A stretch of 41,119 bases of DNA from Candidatus Asbonarchaeum danakilense (GCA_034190465.1 JAXINV010000021.1:1-41119); one strand, 5' to 3'; shown: positions 18,886-28,923, counted from the stretch's first letter. Program-made: numbers and translations. The notes: generated from the letters alone by a model not told the origin.

Positions 18886-21218
18886 ACGTGACACGACGCA
18901 AAGCACAGTTCTTCATCATCACCGCCGTCCTGGTAGCCGGGTCACTGTCGATCACCGTCAACGTCCTCGACGACTACACACAGATCAACTACGATGAGAT
19001 AACCACCAGCTCCAGCATTGCGGAGTACGAGAGCCTGGAGCGGAACATCGACGAGCTGTGGTACGAAGAGACCTGGCAGTACCGCCAGCAGGTCACCGTG
19101 TTCGAGCGAGCCGGCCGTGACATCGAGAACTACCCCGTCAGCATCCAGCTCGACACCCAATCACTGATCGGCGCCGGCAAGATGCAGAGCGACTGCGGCG
19201 ACCTGCGGATCGTAGAGGACGGCCGCGAAATCCCGTACCAGATCGAGGACGGGGAATGCGGGGAGAACACAACCACCGTCTGGTTCCTGACCAGCGTCCC
19301 GACCAACTCCCGGGACGAGGACGTCTTCGTCTACTACGGGAACCCTAACAGCCAGGCACCGAACTACGATACCGGGCTGCAGGTCAACGCTGACGATGAG
19401 GCAGTGACCAATGGCGTCATCACGCTCCGTGCCGGCACCACCCCCAGTGGCGCCTACGGACTGGTCGAGGCACGGCGGCTGGACACACCGAACTTCGTCC
19501 GCGGCACGCTCATCTACAAGGGCGACCCGGCGACGGCGGACTTCCAGGTCGTAGAGCAAGGCCCGATTTATGTCACATTCCGGTTCAACGCGACCCACAA
19601 CTACACCGTGTTCACGCAGAACAACTTCATCAGGCGGAACGGCAACATCACGCTCGGTCCTGACACGACCTTCTACTACGGGACCGACAATACCCTACTG
19701 ACGCACTGGCAGGCCGGGAGCGAGGCCAACCAGCATGAGATCGGGTCGACCGACACCTGGACCGGGACGTTCGGCCAGAACCAGTTCCCCTACATCGGTG
19801 CGCTCAACACGACCAGCGAGACAGGCCTGATGCTCACCACCAAAACAACCGGTCTCTCACACCCCCTCTCCGTCTACACCGCCACAGGCGGATGGCAGGC
19901 CGGCGTCGAGGACAGGGTCGGCTTCGGCCCCGCGACAAGTACCGTCGAAGCCCCCTACCTGGACTGGAGCCTGCACAGCAACGGTCTGAACACGTTCACA
20001 GCCGACATCCACTCCAACCCGCCGCTCGCAGTCGTAACAGGTGACGAGGAGGCCGGGACGTTCACACCGTCCGCCGGATGGACGAACAAGGCGACTATCA
20101 CCGTCGAGGAGCGGAACGGGACCAGCCTGACGATGTACCCTGTCAACGCCACGTTCAACCTGGGCGAGATGGATGTCAGAGAGGACTGCCAGGATCTAAT
20201 CTTCGTGGAACGCGGACAGCGCGTCCCGCACCTGCTGCGCGACCAGTGCGACAGCCTCACGTTCAGCGGGCCGGACGGCTTCACCGCGCGGTGGCCGTTC
20301 GACGAGGGCTACGGCAACTGGGCGAACGGCACGACCAACACGTTCAGCGGCCAGCTCCAGGGCTCCCCACAGCCGTCATGGATCCCGGGCAGGTTCGGGT
20401 TCGCGCTCCGGTTCGACGGGCAGAACCGGGTCTTCGTCGACGACATCCCCCGGATCGAGCTCAGGAACTCCGACTTCACCATCTCCCTGTGGTTCCGCGG
20501 GAGCATGGCAGACCAGGACTTCGGCCAGACGGTCGGCCTGGTCAGCTACCCGCAGGACACCCCTGAGCTCCGAATCGTCCAGAACGGCGGCAACCCCCTG
20601 CTGCAGGCACGGTTCAGGAACGAAACCGACGACCTGTTCACGCTCAACGGCGCCACAGACCTGCAGGGACTCGCGCCCGGATGGCACCATGTCGCCTACA
20701 CCTACGACGAGCAGTCGGGCAACATCTCGCTCTACCTCGACGGCAGGTTCGAACGCTCGATGACGGTCGACGGCCCGATGCTGTTCACATCGGACGAGAT
20801 CACCATCGGCGAAGGATTCGACGGCAGCATCGACGAACTGAAAATCTACAAGTCCGAGCTGTCCGCCGATAGCGTTCTTGATCAGGCTGACACACGGACG
20901 ACCGTCACGTTCCTCACCAACATCACCGCGCTCGCCACCGAGTCCGACGTCGCGGCGTTCGCCGGCAACACGGCAGGATTGGACGAGACCTACACACTGG
21001 CCGACATCCAGCCCGATGCCCGCATCGCACAGCCCGCCGACAGACCGGTCACGCTGTCCGTCACCGAGCCACGGAGCTACCGCGAGGCGATCAAGCGGTT
21101 CGAGTCCGTCATCCTGGACGCAGAACTCTCCACCGATATCAGTCTCACCGTGCAGAACCAGTGCACGGTGGTCAGCTTCGAGTCGGAGCACTTCGATCTG
21201 GAGGACCGGGTGTGTTAG
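18882..21218 (+). CDS. pilin-like adhesin with DUF2341-like and LamG-like domains
   Basis: RKA|QFFIITAVLV; WQYRQ...CGDLRI...YYGN; WPFDEG..., FTISLWF, WHHVAYTYD, LYLDG, FDGSIDELKIY. Confidence 0.85.
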   Translation: MNVTRRKAQFFIITAVLVAGSLSITVNVLDDYTQINYDEITTSSSIAEYESLERNIDELWYEETWQYRQQVTVFERAGRDIENYPVSIQLDTQSLIGAGKMQSDCGDLRIVEDGREIPYQIEDGECGENTTTVWFLTSVPTNSRDEDVFVYYGNPNSQAPNYDTGLQVNADDEAVTNGVITLRAGTTPSGAYGLVEARRLDTPNFVRGTLIYKGDPATADFQVVEQGPIYVTFRFNATHNYTVFTQNNFIRRNGNITLGPDTTFYYGTDNTLLTHWQAGSEANQHEIGSTDTWTGTFGQNQFPYIGALNTTSETGLMLTTKTTGLSHPLSVYTATGGWQAGVEDRVGFGPATSTVEAPYLDWSLHSNGLNTFTADIHSNPPLAVVTGDEEAGTFTPSAGWTNKATITVEERNGTSLTMYPVNATFNLGEMDVREDCQDLIFVERGQRVPHLLRDQCDSLTFSGPDGFTARWPFDEGYGNWANGTTNTFSGQLQGSPQPSWIPGRFGFALRFDGQNRVFVDDIPRIELRNSDFTISLWFRGSMADQDFGQTVGLVSYPQDTPELRIVQNGGNPLLQARFRNETDDLFTLNGATDLQGLAPGWHHVAYTYDEQSGNISLYLDGRFERSMTVDGPMLFTSDEITIGEGFDGSIDELKIYKSELSADSVLDQADTRTTVTFLTNITALATESDVAAFAGNTAGLDETYTLADIQPDARIAQPADRPVTLSVTEPRSYREAIKRFESVILDAELSTDISLTVQNQCTVVSFESEHFDLEDRVC

Positions 21219-22423
21219 AATGCCTCGATGAACTCGACCTCGTCCTCCGTCAGGTCAAGCTCCTCGACGATGTTCTCCCGCCATTCCTCTTTCTGGAACA
21301 GCTGCTGGAGGAACGGGATCGTGTCGCTCGCCTCAGAGACCGAGACGTGGAGCGCATCGCCGACCTTGACGCCGATATCCTCCCGTCGCTTCCGGCTGCC
21401 CTTGCTCCGCCCCATCTTCTTGATGCGTGACGGGTACTGGTACCGTGTGAAGCCGCCGTACTTCTCCTCCTTGCTCAGCGCCACGCCGACCGTCATGATC
21501 TCGTAGACGTACTTGAGCAGCGACCAGTTCTGGGCGCCGATCCTGCCGCGGAACACGTCCGCCTTCGACAGCTCATCCATCGCTCGGGCGACGTCCCCGG
21601 TCCTGTCGTACTCCCGGGGTACGTTCTCACGGATCCACTCGAACGCCGTATCGTGATCCTCATCGACGCCGTCCAGGGCATCGGATGCGGTCGCGGCAGT
21701 CGTCGTCTTGAAGATGATCTTCAGCGCCTCAAAGATGTCCTTCTCCTGGTCCCGGTAGCCGAGCTCCTTCGCCGCCTCCCGGTCGATCATGCCGTGCTTC
21801 CGGGCCAGGCTCTGCAGGTCGTTGATCGCAGAGCGGAGGTCGCCGTCCGCGCGGCGGGCGATAGCCTTGATCCCTTTCTCATCGTACGTCAGCCCCTCCG
21901 CCTCAGCGATCTCGCGGAGCCGGGCCTTGATGGAGTTGGTGTGGACCTTGTCGACCTCCACGACCTTCGACTTCCGGCGCAGCGTCTGCATCCCGTTCGC
22001 ATAGGCGTCGTTCGCCGTCAGGATGACCGGGAACCGGGACTCCTCGATGATCGTGTTGATCTCCGACCGGCCGCCCCGGTCGTTCGCCGTCATACCGTCC
22101 ACTTCGTCGATCAGGATCAGCTTGTCCCTGCCGGTGAACGAGCGCTGCTTGACCGCCTGCTCCACGTTGTCACGCAGCGCCTGCTTGGTCCGGACGTCGG
22201 AGGCGTTGGTCTCGAACAGCTCCATGTCCAGCTCGTTGGCGATGGCGGCGACCAACGCGGTCTTGCCGATACCGGGCGGGCCGTGGAGCAGCAGGGCCTG
22301 CGACTTCCTGTTCTCCCAGTTCTTCACCCACTTGAGAACCTCATCGACCGTCTTTGACTTGCCACGGTAGTCATCAAGGCTCTCAGGCCGGTATTTCTCC
22401 GTCCAGTTGATCGACTCCGCCAT
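21215..22423 (-). CDS. rfcL: replication factor C large subunit
   Basis: WTEKYRP, GPPGIGKT, ETNASD, LIDEVDG, GDLRSAINDLQ, WIRENVP. Confidence 0.95.
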   Translation of the reverse strand: MAESINWTEKYRPESLDDYRGKSKTVDEVLKWVKNWENRKSQALLLHGPPGIGKTALVAAIANELDMELFETNASDVRTKQALRDNVEQAVKQRSFTGRDKLILIDEVDGMTANDRGGRSEINTIIEESRFPVILTANDAYANGMQTLRRKSKVVEVDKVHTNSIKARLREIAEAEGLTYDEKGIKAIARRADGDLRSAINDLQSLARKHGMIDREAAKELGYRDQEKDIFEALKIIFKTTTAATASDALDGVDEDHDTAFEWIRENVPREYDRTGDVARAMDELSKADVFRGRIGAQNWSLLKYVYEIMTVGVALSKEEKYGGFTRYQYPSRIKKMGRSKGSRKRREDIGVKVGDALHVSVSEASDTIPFLQQLFQKEEWRENIVEELDLTEDEVEFIEAF

Positions 22424-22485
22424 CGCTGTGACCGACTGGGGCGATGATGTTTTTAACTCCTCTCCCGCATGTATGGCCCGGAACG

Positions 22486-23340
22486 ATGGCGCCCCGCTCC
22501 CCGACACAGCACCGCAGGACCGTTTCTCACGCCCGGAAGGCGATCACACCGATCGTCGCGACCGTGATCCTGATTGGGTTGGTCCTCACCATGGCCACAG
22601 CCGCGATGACATTCCTCCAGGGCCAGCAGGCCCGGATCAGCGAGCAGCTGCAGCAGTCGCTGGACAAAGAGGTGTTCATCGAGGAAACCATCTGCAACGG
22701 GCGGACTGTCTCGTTCCTCGTCAACAATAGCGGCGGAGAACGGCTCAGCACGGGGACAGCAGAACTCGCCGTCTATCAAGGCGGGAGCGTCAACTACAGT
22801 TTCACCAACGAGAGCGTCGTTCTGCAGGGCCCGTTCCAGGCACCCGGCTCCGTCGGCTTCCTCAACGTCTCGGCGGGCGGGGTGTTCCGTTCCGGTCGGC
22901 TCTATACCATCCGGCTCGACTTCGGACAAGACTTCCAGATCAACCGTGCTTGCCGCGCCGGTCTGCCGTGGTGGGACCTGAACTGGAACTACCGGCGGCA
23001 GCTCGTCGTCACGAACACAGGCTCCACAGACCGGGCCAACGCCGTCGCCTCGGTCCAGTTCAACACCACCGGCAACATCTCCCACGGCAAGCTCAACCCT
23101 CACTGCTCCGACATCCGGGTCGTGGAGAACGGCAGCGTCACCGAGTACACGGTCGACGGTTGCAGGGACGAGGACGACCTCGCCACGATCAAGTTCAGGA
23201 CCACCGTCAACCAGAGCGACACCGAGTACGACACCTACCTCTACTACGGCAACCTCCGAGCGGATGACGCCAGCGTCGATTCACTGCCCACCCCCGACGG
23301 CATGCTTGAGACACGGCTCTGGATCGAGGAAGAACGCTGA
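22486..23340 (+). CDS. pilin fused to a DUF2341-like domain
   Basis: RKA|ITPIVATVILIG; C-terminal WWDLNWNYRR...CSDIRV...YLYYGN. Start codon uncertain. Confidence 0.8.
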   Translation: MAPRSPTQHRRTVSHARKAITPIVATVILIGLVLTMATAAMTFLQGQQARISEQLQQSLDKEVFIEETICNGRTVSFLVNNSGGERLSTGTAELAVYQGGSVNYSFTNESVVLQGPFQAPGSVGFLNVSAGGVFRSGRLYTIRLDFGQDFQINRACRAGLPWWDLNWNYRRQLVVTNTGSTDRANAVASVQFNTTGNISHGKLNPHCSDIRVVENGSVTEYTVDGCRDEDDLATIKFRTTVNQSDTEYDTYLYYGNLRADDASVDSLPTPDGMLETRLWIEEER

Positions 23341-23344
23341 GAAG

Positions 23345-24292
23345 TCAGATATCCAGGTTCGCGATCTGCGCCAGCAGCGACTCGATCTGAACGTCGGGCG
23401 AGCCGCCCTCGACGATCCGGAACTCGTATTCTCCCATCTGTTCGATCACTTCCAGCTTGGCGTGCTCCGGGATGTCGAGATCGTAGACCTCGCGGTGGAT
23501 GGCCTTGATCACGTCGATACCGTCGAGTCCGCGGTCGATCATCAGGTCGGAGAGCTCGTCACGGGCGTCCTGAAAGCTGCCGTGCAGCGCCTCGTCCAGC
23601 ACATCCTTGACCTCACCGGGCCGGAGCGAGGCCGAGACCTCGAAGACCGTCTCCTCGGTGATCGTCTCCTCGCGGATGGATGCGGCCTGCAGCACGTTGG
23701 TCGCCTTCCGCAGATCGCCCTCGGAGACACGCGCGACCGCCTCGATGCCTGACTCGTCGATGTCCAGGCCCTCGCCATCGACCACGCGCTCGATGTACTC
23801 CCGGACGCTGTCCTCCTCCAGCCGGTTGAACCGGAAGATCGCGCACCGGGACTGGATCGGGGAGATGATCTTCGACGAGTAGTTGCAGGACAGGATGAAC
23901 CGGCAGGAGCTTGAGAACTTCTCCATCGTCCGGCGCAGTGCCTGCTGCGCGTCAGAGGTCAGCGCGTCGGACTCGTCGAGGAAGATGATCTTGAAGTCCG
24001 CGTTGATCGGGCGTGTCCGGGCGAAGTCCTTGACCTGGTTCCGGACCACGTCGATCCCACGGTCGTCGGAGGCGTTGGTCTCCATGAAATTCTGCTTCCA
24101 GTCCTCGCCGTACAGGTCCTTCGCCATCGCGATGGCAGATGTCGTCTTGCCCGTGCCGGCCGGGCCGGCGAACATCATGTGCGGGACGCTCTCGTTCTCG
24201 ACGAACGCCTGCAGCCGGTCGACGATGTTCTGCTGCCCGATCACCTCGTCCAGCGTATCGGGCCGGTATTTCTCCGTCCACACGTCGATCAT
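23345..24292 (-). CDS. rfcS: replication factor C small subunit
   Basis: WTEKYRP, GPAGTGKT, NASDDRGID, LDESD, AQQALRRTME, SRC; no intein. Confidence 0.96.
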   Translation of the reverse strand: MIDVWTEKYRPDTLDEVIGQQNIVDRLQAFVENESVPHMMFAGPAGTGKTTSAIAMAKDLYGEDWKQNFMETNASDDRGIDVVRNQVKDFARTRPINADFKIIFLDESDALTSDAQQALRRTMEKFSSSCRFILSCNYSSKIISPIQSRCAIFRFNRLEEDSVREYIERVVDGEGLDIDESGIEAVARVSEGDLRKATNVLQAASIREETITEETVFEVSASLRPGEVKDVLDEALHGSFQDARDELSDLMIDRGLDGIDVIKAIHREVYDLDIPEHAKLEVIEQMGEYEFRIVEGGSPDVQIESLLAQIANLDI

Positions 24293-24378
24293 GGTAAGAC
24301 ACCACGACATTCGCTGCCACTCTTTTAACCCTTGCCGCCCCCGCCACCTTTTTTAAACGCTGCCGGGCACTGCTCACT

Positions 24379-24909
24379 ATGATAGTCGCCGTCACCGGCA
24401 CGCCCGGCACCGGGAAGTCCAGCGTCGCGGCCGCGCTGGCCGAGGAGCTCGACCACAAGCTGGTCGACGTCAACGAGGTCGCGAAGAGCGGGACGGTGGA
24501 GACGGAGCGGGACGAACGTCGGGATGCGGACGCCGTCGACATCCCCAGCCTGGTCGAGGCGCTGCAGCAGCGCGTGCCGGACGACGCGGTGCTGGACGGC
24601 CATCTCAGCCACCACTTCCCCGCCGACCTGACCGTCGTGCTGCGCTGCAGCCCGGACGAGCTGGAGGAACGGCTGGCAGGCAAGGGATGGGACGAGGAGA
24701 AGATCGTGGAGAACGTCCAGGCCGAGTCGATGGACGTCATCCTGCAGGAGGCGGTCGCGGAGCGGGATGAGGTCATCGAGATCGACACCACGGCCCGGAA
24801 GGCGGACGACGTGGCCAAGGAGCTCGCCGCGATCATCGAGGACGGCAGCTACGACGACCACCGGCCGGGCCAGGTTGACTGGCAGGTCGCCATGCCCGAC
24901 CCGGCGTGA
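24379..24909 (+). CDS. AK6/Fap7-type adenylate kinase
   Basis: GTPGTGKS, DGHLSH, VLRC.P..L.ERL..KGW...KI.EN. Confidence 0.88.
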   Translation: MIVAVTGTPGTGKSSVAAALAEELDHKLVDVNEVAKSGTVETERDERRDADAVDIPSLVEALQQRVPDDAVLDGHLSHHFPADLTVVLRCSPDELEERLAGKGWDEEKIVENVQAESMDVILQEAVAERDEVIEIDTTARKADDVAKELAAIIEDGSYDDHRPGQVDWQVAMPDPA

Positions 24910-24962
24910 CCACGGAACGATGACAACAAATTATTTAAGGCGAGTGCCCTAATTACAGACCA

Positions 24963-25754
24963 ATGCATCGGCCCGACGAACCCGACCTGACGGTACTGCA
25001 CTTCTCCGATATGCACTTCGAGGACGAAGACGTCTACGGCGTGAACTGGGAGGGGTTGGAGCAGTACCGCGAGGCCGCCTACGACACGCTGGAGCGGCTC
25101 GGCGCGGACGCCGATCAGGCCTGGTTCTCCGGCGACGCTGGAACCACGGAAGACCGCGAGGAGCTGGAAGAGTTCCTCGAAAGGTTCAGCGACAGCGCCA
25201 CCCTCCCCGGCAACTCGGACGAAGAGCTCGAATACTACGAACACGACGAAATCGACGATCCAGAGGATCTGCTGGAAAACACGCGGTCAGACACGCTCGA
25301 CATCGATGACGGGCCGACGTACAATATCCTGCGCAGCCACGACCCGCGCCACGTCGGTGTGCCGCCCGGCAACATGGAGGACCGCCAGCGGTACCTCGAC
25401 CCGGACGACGACCGGCTCGGCGACGCGCGTTGTGGCTGGATGACCGACGAGGCGACCGGCGATTACGACATAATCGTGACCGCGCACAAGCACGGCGAGG
25501 GCACGTTCGTCATGGAGGACGGCAGCCTGGCGGTCCAGGCAGGCAGCACCGCGGACAACTACATCACGGACAGCGAGGAGCTGCCGGACACCAGCGTGCA
25601 GCGGCTGCACTTCGACGGCGACGAGGTCCACGTCGAGCACATCGACTTCCAAGACAAAACAGTGGTCGAGGAACGCGGCTACCGCTGGACCGGGGATAGG
25701 TTCGAGGAGCTGTACGTCGACTCGCCGTGGACGATGGATGAACGGTACAGCTGA
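24963..25754 (+). CDS. metallophosphoesterase (YfcE-like)
   Basis: SDMH, SGD, GNSD and AHKH motifs. Confidence 0.75.
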   Translation: MHRPDEPDLTVLHFSDMHFEDEDVYGVNWEGLEQYREAAYDTLERLGADADQAWFSGDAGTTEDREELEEFLERFSDSATLPGNSDEELEYYEHDEIDDPEDLLENTRSDTLDIDDGPTYNILRSHDPRHVGVPPGNMEDRQRYLDPDDDRLGDARCGWMTDEATGDYDIIVTAHKHGEGTFVMEDGSLAVQAGSTADNYITDSEELPDTSVQRLHFDGDEVHVEHIDFQDKTVVEERGYRWTGDRFEELYVDSPWTMDERYS

Positions 25755-25788
25755 ACCCTTCTTAAAGATTGACGACGAAGACACCACC

Positions 25789-26622
25789 ATGCAGCTGATG
25801 AACACTGCACGGCTCGCAGGCCTGTTCGCGGTCCTTGTCGCACTGTTCGGCGGGCTCGGCTACCTTTTCATGGGTGTCGGCGGCCTCGTCATGGGGCTGC
25901 TGCTCGCCGGGGCGATGAACTTCGCCAGCTACTTCTACTCGGACAGGATCGTCACGAAGATGCACGGCGCCCGGAAGCTGGAACGGTCCGAGGCACCGGA
26001 GCTGCACGAGATGACGGAAAATCTGGCGGACAAGGCAGGCATCCCGGTCCCGGACCTGTACGTGATGGACAACGGGACACCGAACGCGTTCGCGACGGGT
26101 AGGAATCCTGACAACGCCATCGTCTGCGTGACGTCCGGCCTGTTGAACACACTGAGCCAGGACGAGGTCGAGGGCGTTGTCGCGCACGAGCTATCCCACG
26201 TCAAGAACCGGGACACGCTGATCCAGACCGTCGCCGGGACGCTGGCCGGGGGGATCTCGCTGGTCGCGCAGATGCTGGCGTTCGGCATGATGGACGACGA
26301 GGGCGGCAACCCGCTGGTGATGCTCGGCGGCCTGCTGCTGGCACCGCTGGCGGCGTCGATGATCAAGATGGCGATCTCACGGAGCCGCGAGTTCTCCGCG
26401 GACGCGACCGCCGCCACGATGACGGATCCAGGCAACCTGGCCAGCGGCCTCAGGACGATCGAGTCCTCGGTCTCCCGCAGCCCGATGAAAAACGGGGCAC
26501 GCGGCGCCTCCCACATGTTCATCGTCAACCCGTTCCGCGGCGAGTCGCTGGCGAAGCTGTTCTCCACGCACCCGCCGACCGAGGAACGGATCAGGCGGCT
26601 GGAGCAGATGCAGGGGAACTGA
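25789..26622 (+). CDS. htpX: zinc metalloprotease HtpX
   Basis: PNAFATGR, HELSH, SRSREFSAD, STHPP. Confidence 0.95.
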   Translation: MQLMNTARLAGLFAVLVALFGGLGYLFMGVGGLVMGLLLAGAMNFASYFYSDRIVTKMHGARKLERSEAPELHEMTENLADKAGIPVPDLYVMDNGTPNAFATGRNPDNAIVCVTSGLLNTLSQDEVEGVVAHELSHVKNRDTLIQTVAGTLAGGISLVAQMLAFGMMDDEGGNPLVMLGGLLLAPLAASMIKMAISRSREFSADATAATMTDPGNLASGLRTIESSVSRSPMKNGARGASHMFIVNPFRGESLAKLFSTHPPTEERIRRLEQMQGN

Positions 26623-26679
26623 CCCGGCAGCCCGGCTGAAGGTATTTAAGAGTACCAGTGGAACATACCGGTGATACCG

Positions 26680-26841
26680 ATGGCAGAGAAGTTCGACGTG
26701 GCGGAGAAGCGCATCTTCCAGGACGTCTACATCTGCAGGAAGTGCAACGCCAGGAACCGGCTGAAGGATCCTGAAGGCGCCAACTGCAGGAAGTGCGGCT
26801 ACTCCGGCCTCCGGAAGAAGCACAGCGAAGTCACGGAATAG
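26680..26841 (+). CDS. rpl40e: 50S ribosomal protein L40e (53 aa; not in the ORF track)
   Basis: MAEKFDVAEKRIFQDVYICRKCNARNRLKDPEGANCRKCGYSGLRKKHSEVTE. Confidence 0.92.
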   Translation: MAEKFDVAEKRIFQDVYICRKCNARNRLKDPEGANCRKCGYSGLRKKHSEVTE

Positions 26842-26860
26842 ATCACGGAGGCGCTGAGCA

Positions 26861-27427
26861 GTGGGTCTCGATACGCAGCTGTTCCTCGCCGTGCACAGTC
26901 TGACCGGCGGCATGCTCGACCCCTTGATGCTGTACGCTGCTGACTACCTCGTTCTCCTTGTCTCACTCAGCCTGGTGCTCTGCTGGTACAGCGACGACGA
27001 GCTGCGTCTCGACGCGCTGTACGTGTTCACCGTCGCGCTCGTCGGTGTCGCGGCTTCCTACACGATGGGCGTGTTCTACACGCACCAGCCGCCGTCCCTG
27101 GTGTACGACACCCTGGTATCGGCGGCAGGGGAGAACGCGTTCCCGAGCCAGCACACCGCGGTCCTGTTCGCCACGTCGTTCGGCTACTTTTGGCGCCGGC
27201 TGGACCGGTACGGCTGGCCGCTGCTCGGCGCATCTGTGCTGACCGGGCTCGCCCGGGTCTACATCGGTGAGCACTGGCCGGTCGACGTCCTCGGCGGCAT
27301 CGCTGCGGCAGCGCTCGGGCTCGGGCTTGTGTACCTGGCTGAGGACCGGCTCCGACCGTTGCTGGACCGAGGCATCCGTCTCTACGACACGGTGGAGCAG
27401 CGGGTCGCCGCCGCGATCAAGACATAA
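26861..27427 (+). CDS. PAP2-family membrane phosphatase
   Basis: FPSQH and ARVYIGEHWPVDVLGG motifs. Confidence 0.9.
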   Translation: MGLDTQLFLAVHSLTGGMLDPLMLYAADYLVLLVSLSLVLCWYSDDELRLDALYVFTVALVGVAASYTMGVFYTHQPPSLVYDTLVSAAGENAFPSQHTAVLFATSFGYFWRRLDRYGWPLLGASVLTGLARVYIGEHWPVDVLGGIAAAALGLGLVYLAEDRLRPLLDRGIRLYDTVEQRVAAAIKT

Positions 27428-27461
27428 AAATATGCGTTGCCGAACCTGTCACGTCCCACAA

Positions 27462-27534
27462 GCCCCCTTAGCTCAGCTGGTAGAGCACTACCTTGGTAAG
27501 GTAGAGGTCCCGGGTTCGAATCTCGGAGGGGGCT
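27462..27534 (+). tRNA. tRNA-Thr(GGU)
   Basis: GCCCCCTTAGCTCAGCTGGTAGAGCACTACCTTGGTAAGGTAGAGGTCCCGGGTTCGAATCTCGGAGGGGGCT. Confidence 0.96.
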
Positions 27535-27603
27535 TCGAACCTTGCTGTGGCAAAGAAGGCCCGATGCAATGTGTCGGGAAGAGCTTACTGGCGGTTTCCT
27601 GCC

Positions 27604-28203
27604 ATGAATCGTGAACCTTGGGCGCCTTATTCCAAAAATCCCGAAAAATTCGACGAGGAGGTGAAAGAGGAGAACCTCCCTGATACGTTTCTTGAACTAC
27701 GTGAGAGGTTCGTGGACGAGGTCGGAGCGGGCAGCATCCTGGACGCAGGCTGCGGATCAGGCAGAGACACCGATTTCTTTGCAGGGCGAGGATTCAGCGC
27801 CCATGGCATCGATATGGCGGACGGCATGATTGAATACGCCAGACAGCACAGAGACGGTAGCTACCAGAAGATGGATCTCCGCGATCTCAGTTTCCAGGAC
27901 GATTTGTTCGACGGAGTCTGGGCTTCTGCCTCGATTTTTTTCATGCCTCCGGCAGACATGGAGGTCACACTCCAGGAGTTTCACCGCGTCTTGAAGACCA
28001 GCGGCGTTCTTTACGTCAACTTCAAGGAAGGTGAAGGAGAACAGGTCAAACAAATCTGGGGGGACAGCGTAACAGAGTACCACGTCGCAGCGGATACGGC
28101 CGAAGACCTGCTCAAGGCAGCCGGATTTACTCTCATCGACAAGACGACCAACGTATCGAAAAGCAGGGACAACACATTCTTCAACTTCCTCTGCAGAAAA
28201 TAA
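27604..28203 (+). CDS. class I SAM-dependent methyltransferase
   Basis: [27 protein letters not shown]. Confidence 0.9.
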   Translation: MNREPWAPYSKNPEKFDEEVKEENLPDTFLELRERFVDEVGAGSILDAGCGSGRDTDFFAGRGFSAHGIDMADGMIEYARQHRDGSYQKMDLRDLSFQDDLFDGVWASASIFFMPPADMEVTLQEFHRVLKTSGVLYVNFKEGEGEQVKQIWGDSVTEYHVAADTAEDLLKAAGFTLIDKTTNVSKSRDNTFFNFLCRK

Positions 28204-28255
28204 CAGCAGATTGGGCCGACCCAGATTCTTAAAGCTGGCACCCGCCCCTCCATAC

Positions 28256-28540
28256 ATGGCACAGGAAGTCAGGGCATCGCACATCCTCGTCGACAACGAG
28301 ACCCATGCGAAACAGATCAAGGCCAAGCTGGACAAGGGTGAGGCCTCGTTCGAGGAGCTCGCCAAGAAGAAGAGCGAAGGACCGTCCAGCAAGGACGGCG
28401 GCGACCTCGGGTTTTTCGGCCGGGGTAAGATGGCCAAGCCGTTCGAACGCAAGGCCTTCGACATGGACGTCGGCGAGATCAGCGAGCCCGTACAGACACA
28501 GTTCGGATGGCACATCATCAAGAAAACCGATGAGCGCTAG
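28256..28540 (+). CDS. parvulin-type peptidyl-prolyl isomerase
   Basis: RASHILV, FEELAK..S, GGDLG.F..G.M...[10 protein letters not shown]. Confidence 0.95.
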   Translation: MAQEVRASHILVDNETHAKQIKAKLDKGEASFEELAKKKSEGPSSKDGGDLGFFGRGKMAKPFERKAFDMDVGEISEPVQTQFGWHIIKKTDER

Positions 28541-28690
28541 TCATCGGTTTTCTGGTGAAGCCGAAGATCTCCGATCTTCAATCATCAAAAAGACGGATGA
28601 ACGATAGTCATCCGTCTTTTCTGCATGATGCTGAAGACCTTCAAGGTCTTCAAATCAAAAAGACGGACAACCGATAGCCTCCGTCGTTCC
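28514..28690 (+). repeat. triplicated parvulin 3' end with fold-back copies and hairpins
   Basis: IIKKTDER* (28514-28540), recoded IIKKTDER* (28581-28607), IKKTDNR* (28654-28677). Hairpins at 28563-28579 and 28633-28651. Confidence 0.9.
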
Positions 28691-28923
28691 TACATGCTGG
28701 CCACTCCTTCTGCACAGCGGCCTGGCAACAGCGGAAAGTTTATAAATACTGATCCCGATTTGATGTAGTCCGCCCCTCAGGACACGGGGCGAGGATGGAC
28801 GGACAGCTCACAGGGCTTATCCGGACATCCCGATCTTCTGCATGGCCTCAACGCCATCTGACAGATACGACGCTCACCTCCTCAGTCAGGCGTCACGTTA
28901 TCCTTCACAGGAGGGTTTTGCAC

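Noticed and set aside
9985..21218. Archaellum operon
   Set aside because: No FlaH/F/G-like genes, and two separate ~300-aa platform proteins rather than one long FlaJ.
21215..24292. Inteins in the RFC subunits
   Set aside because: Lengths and motif spacing are normal.
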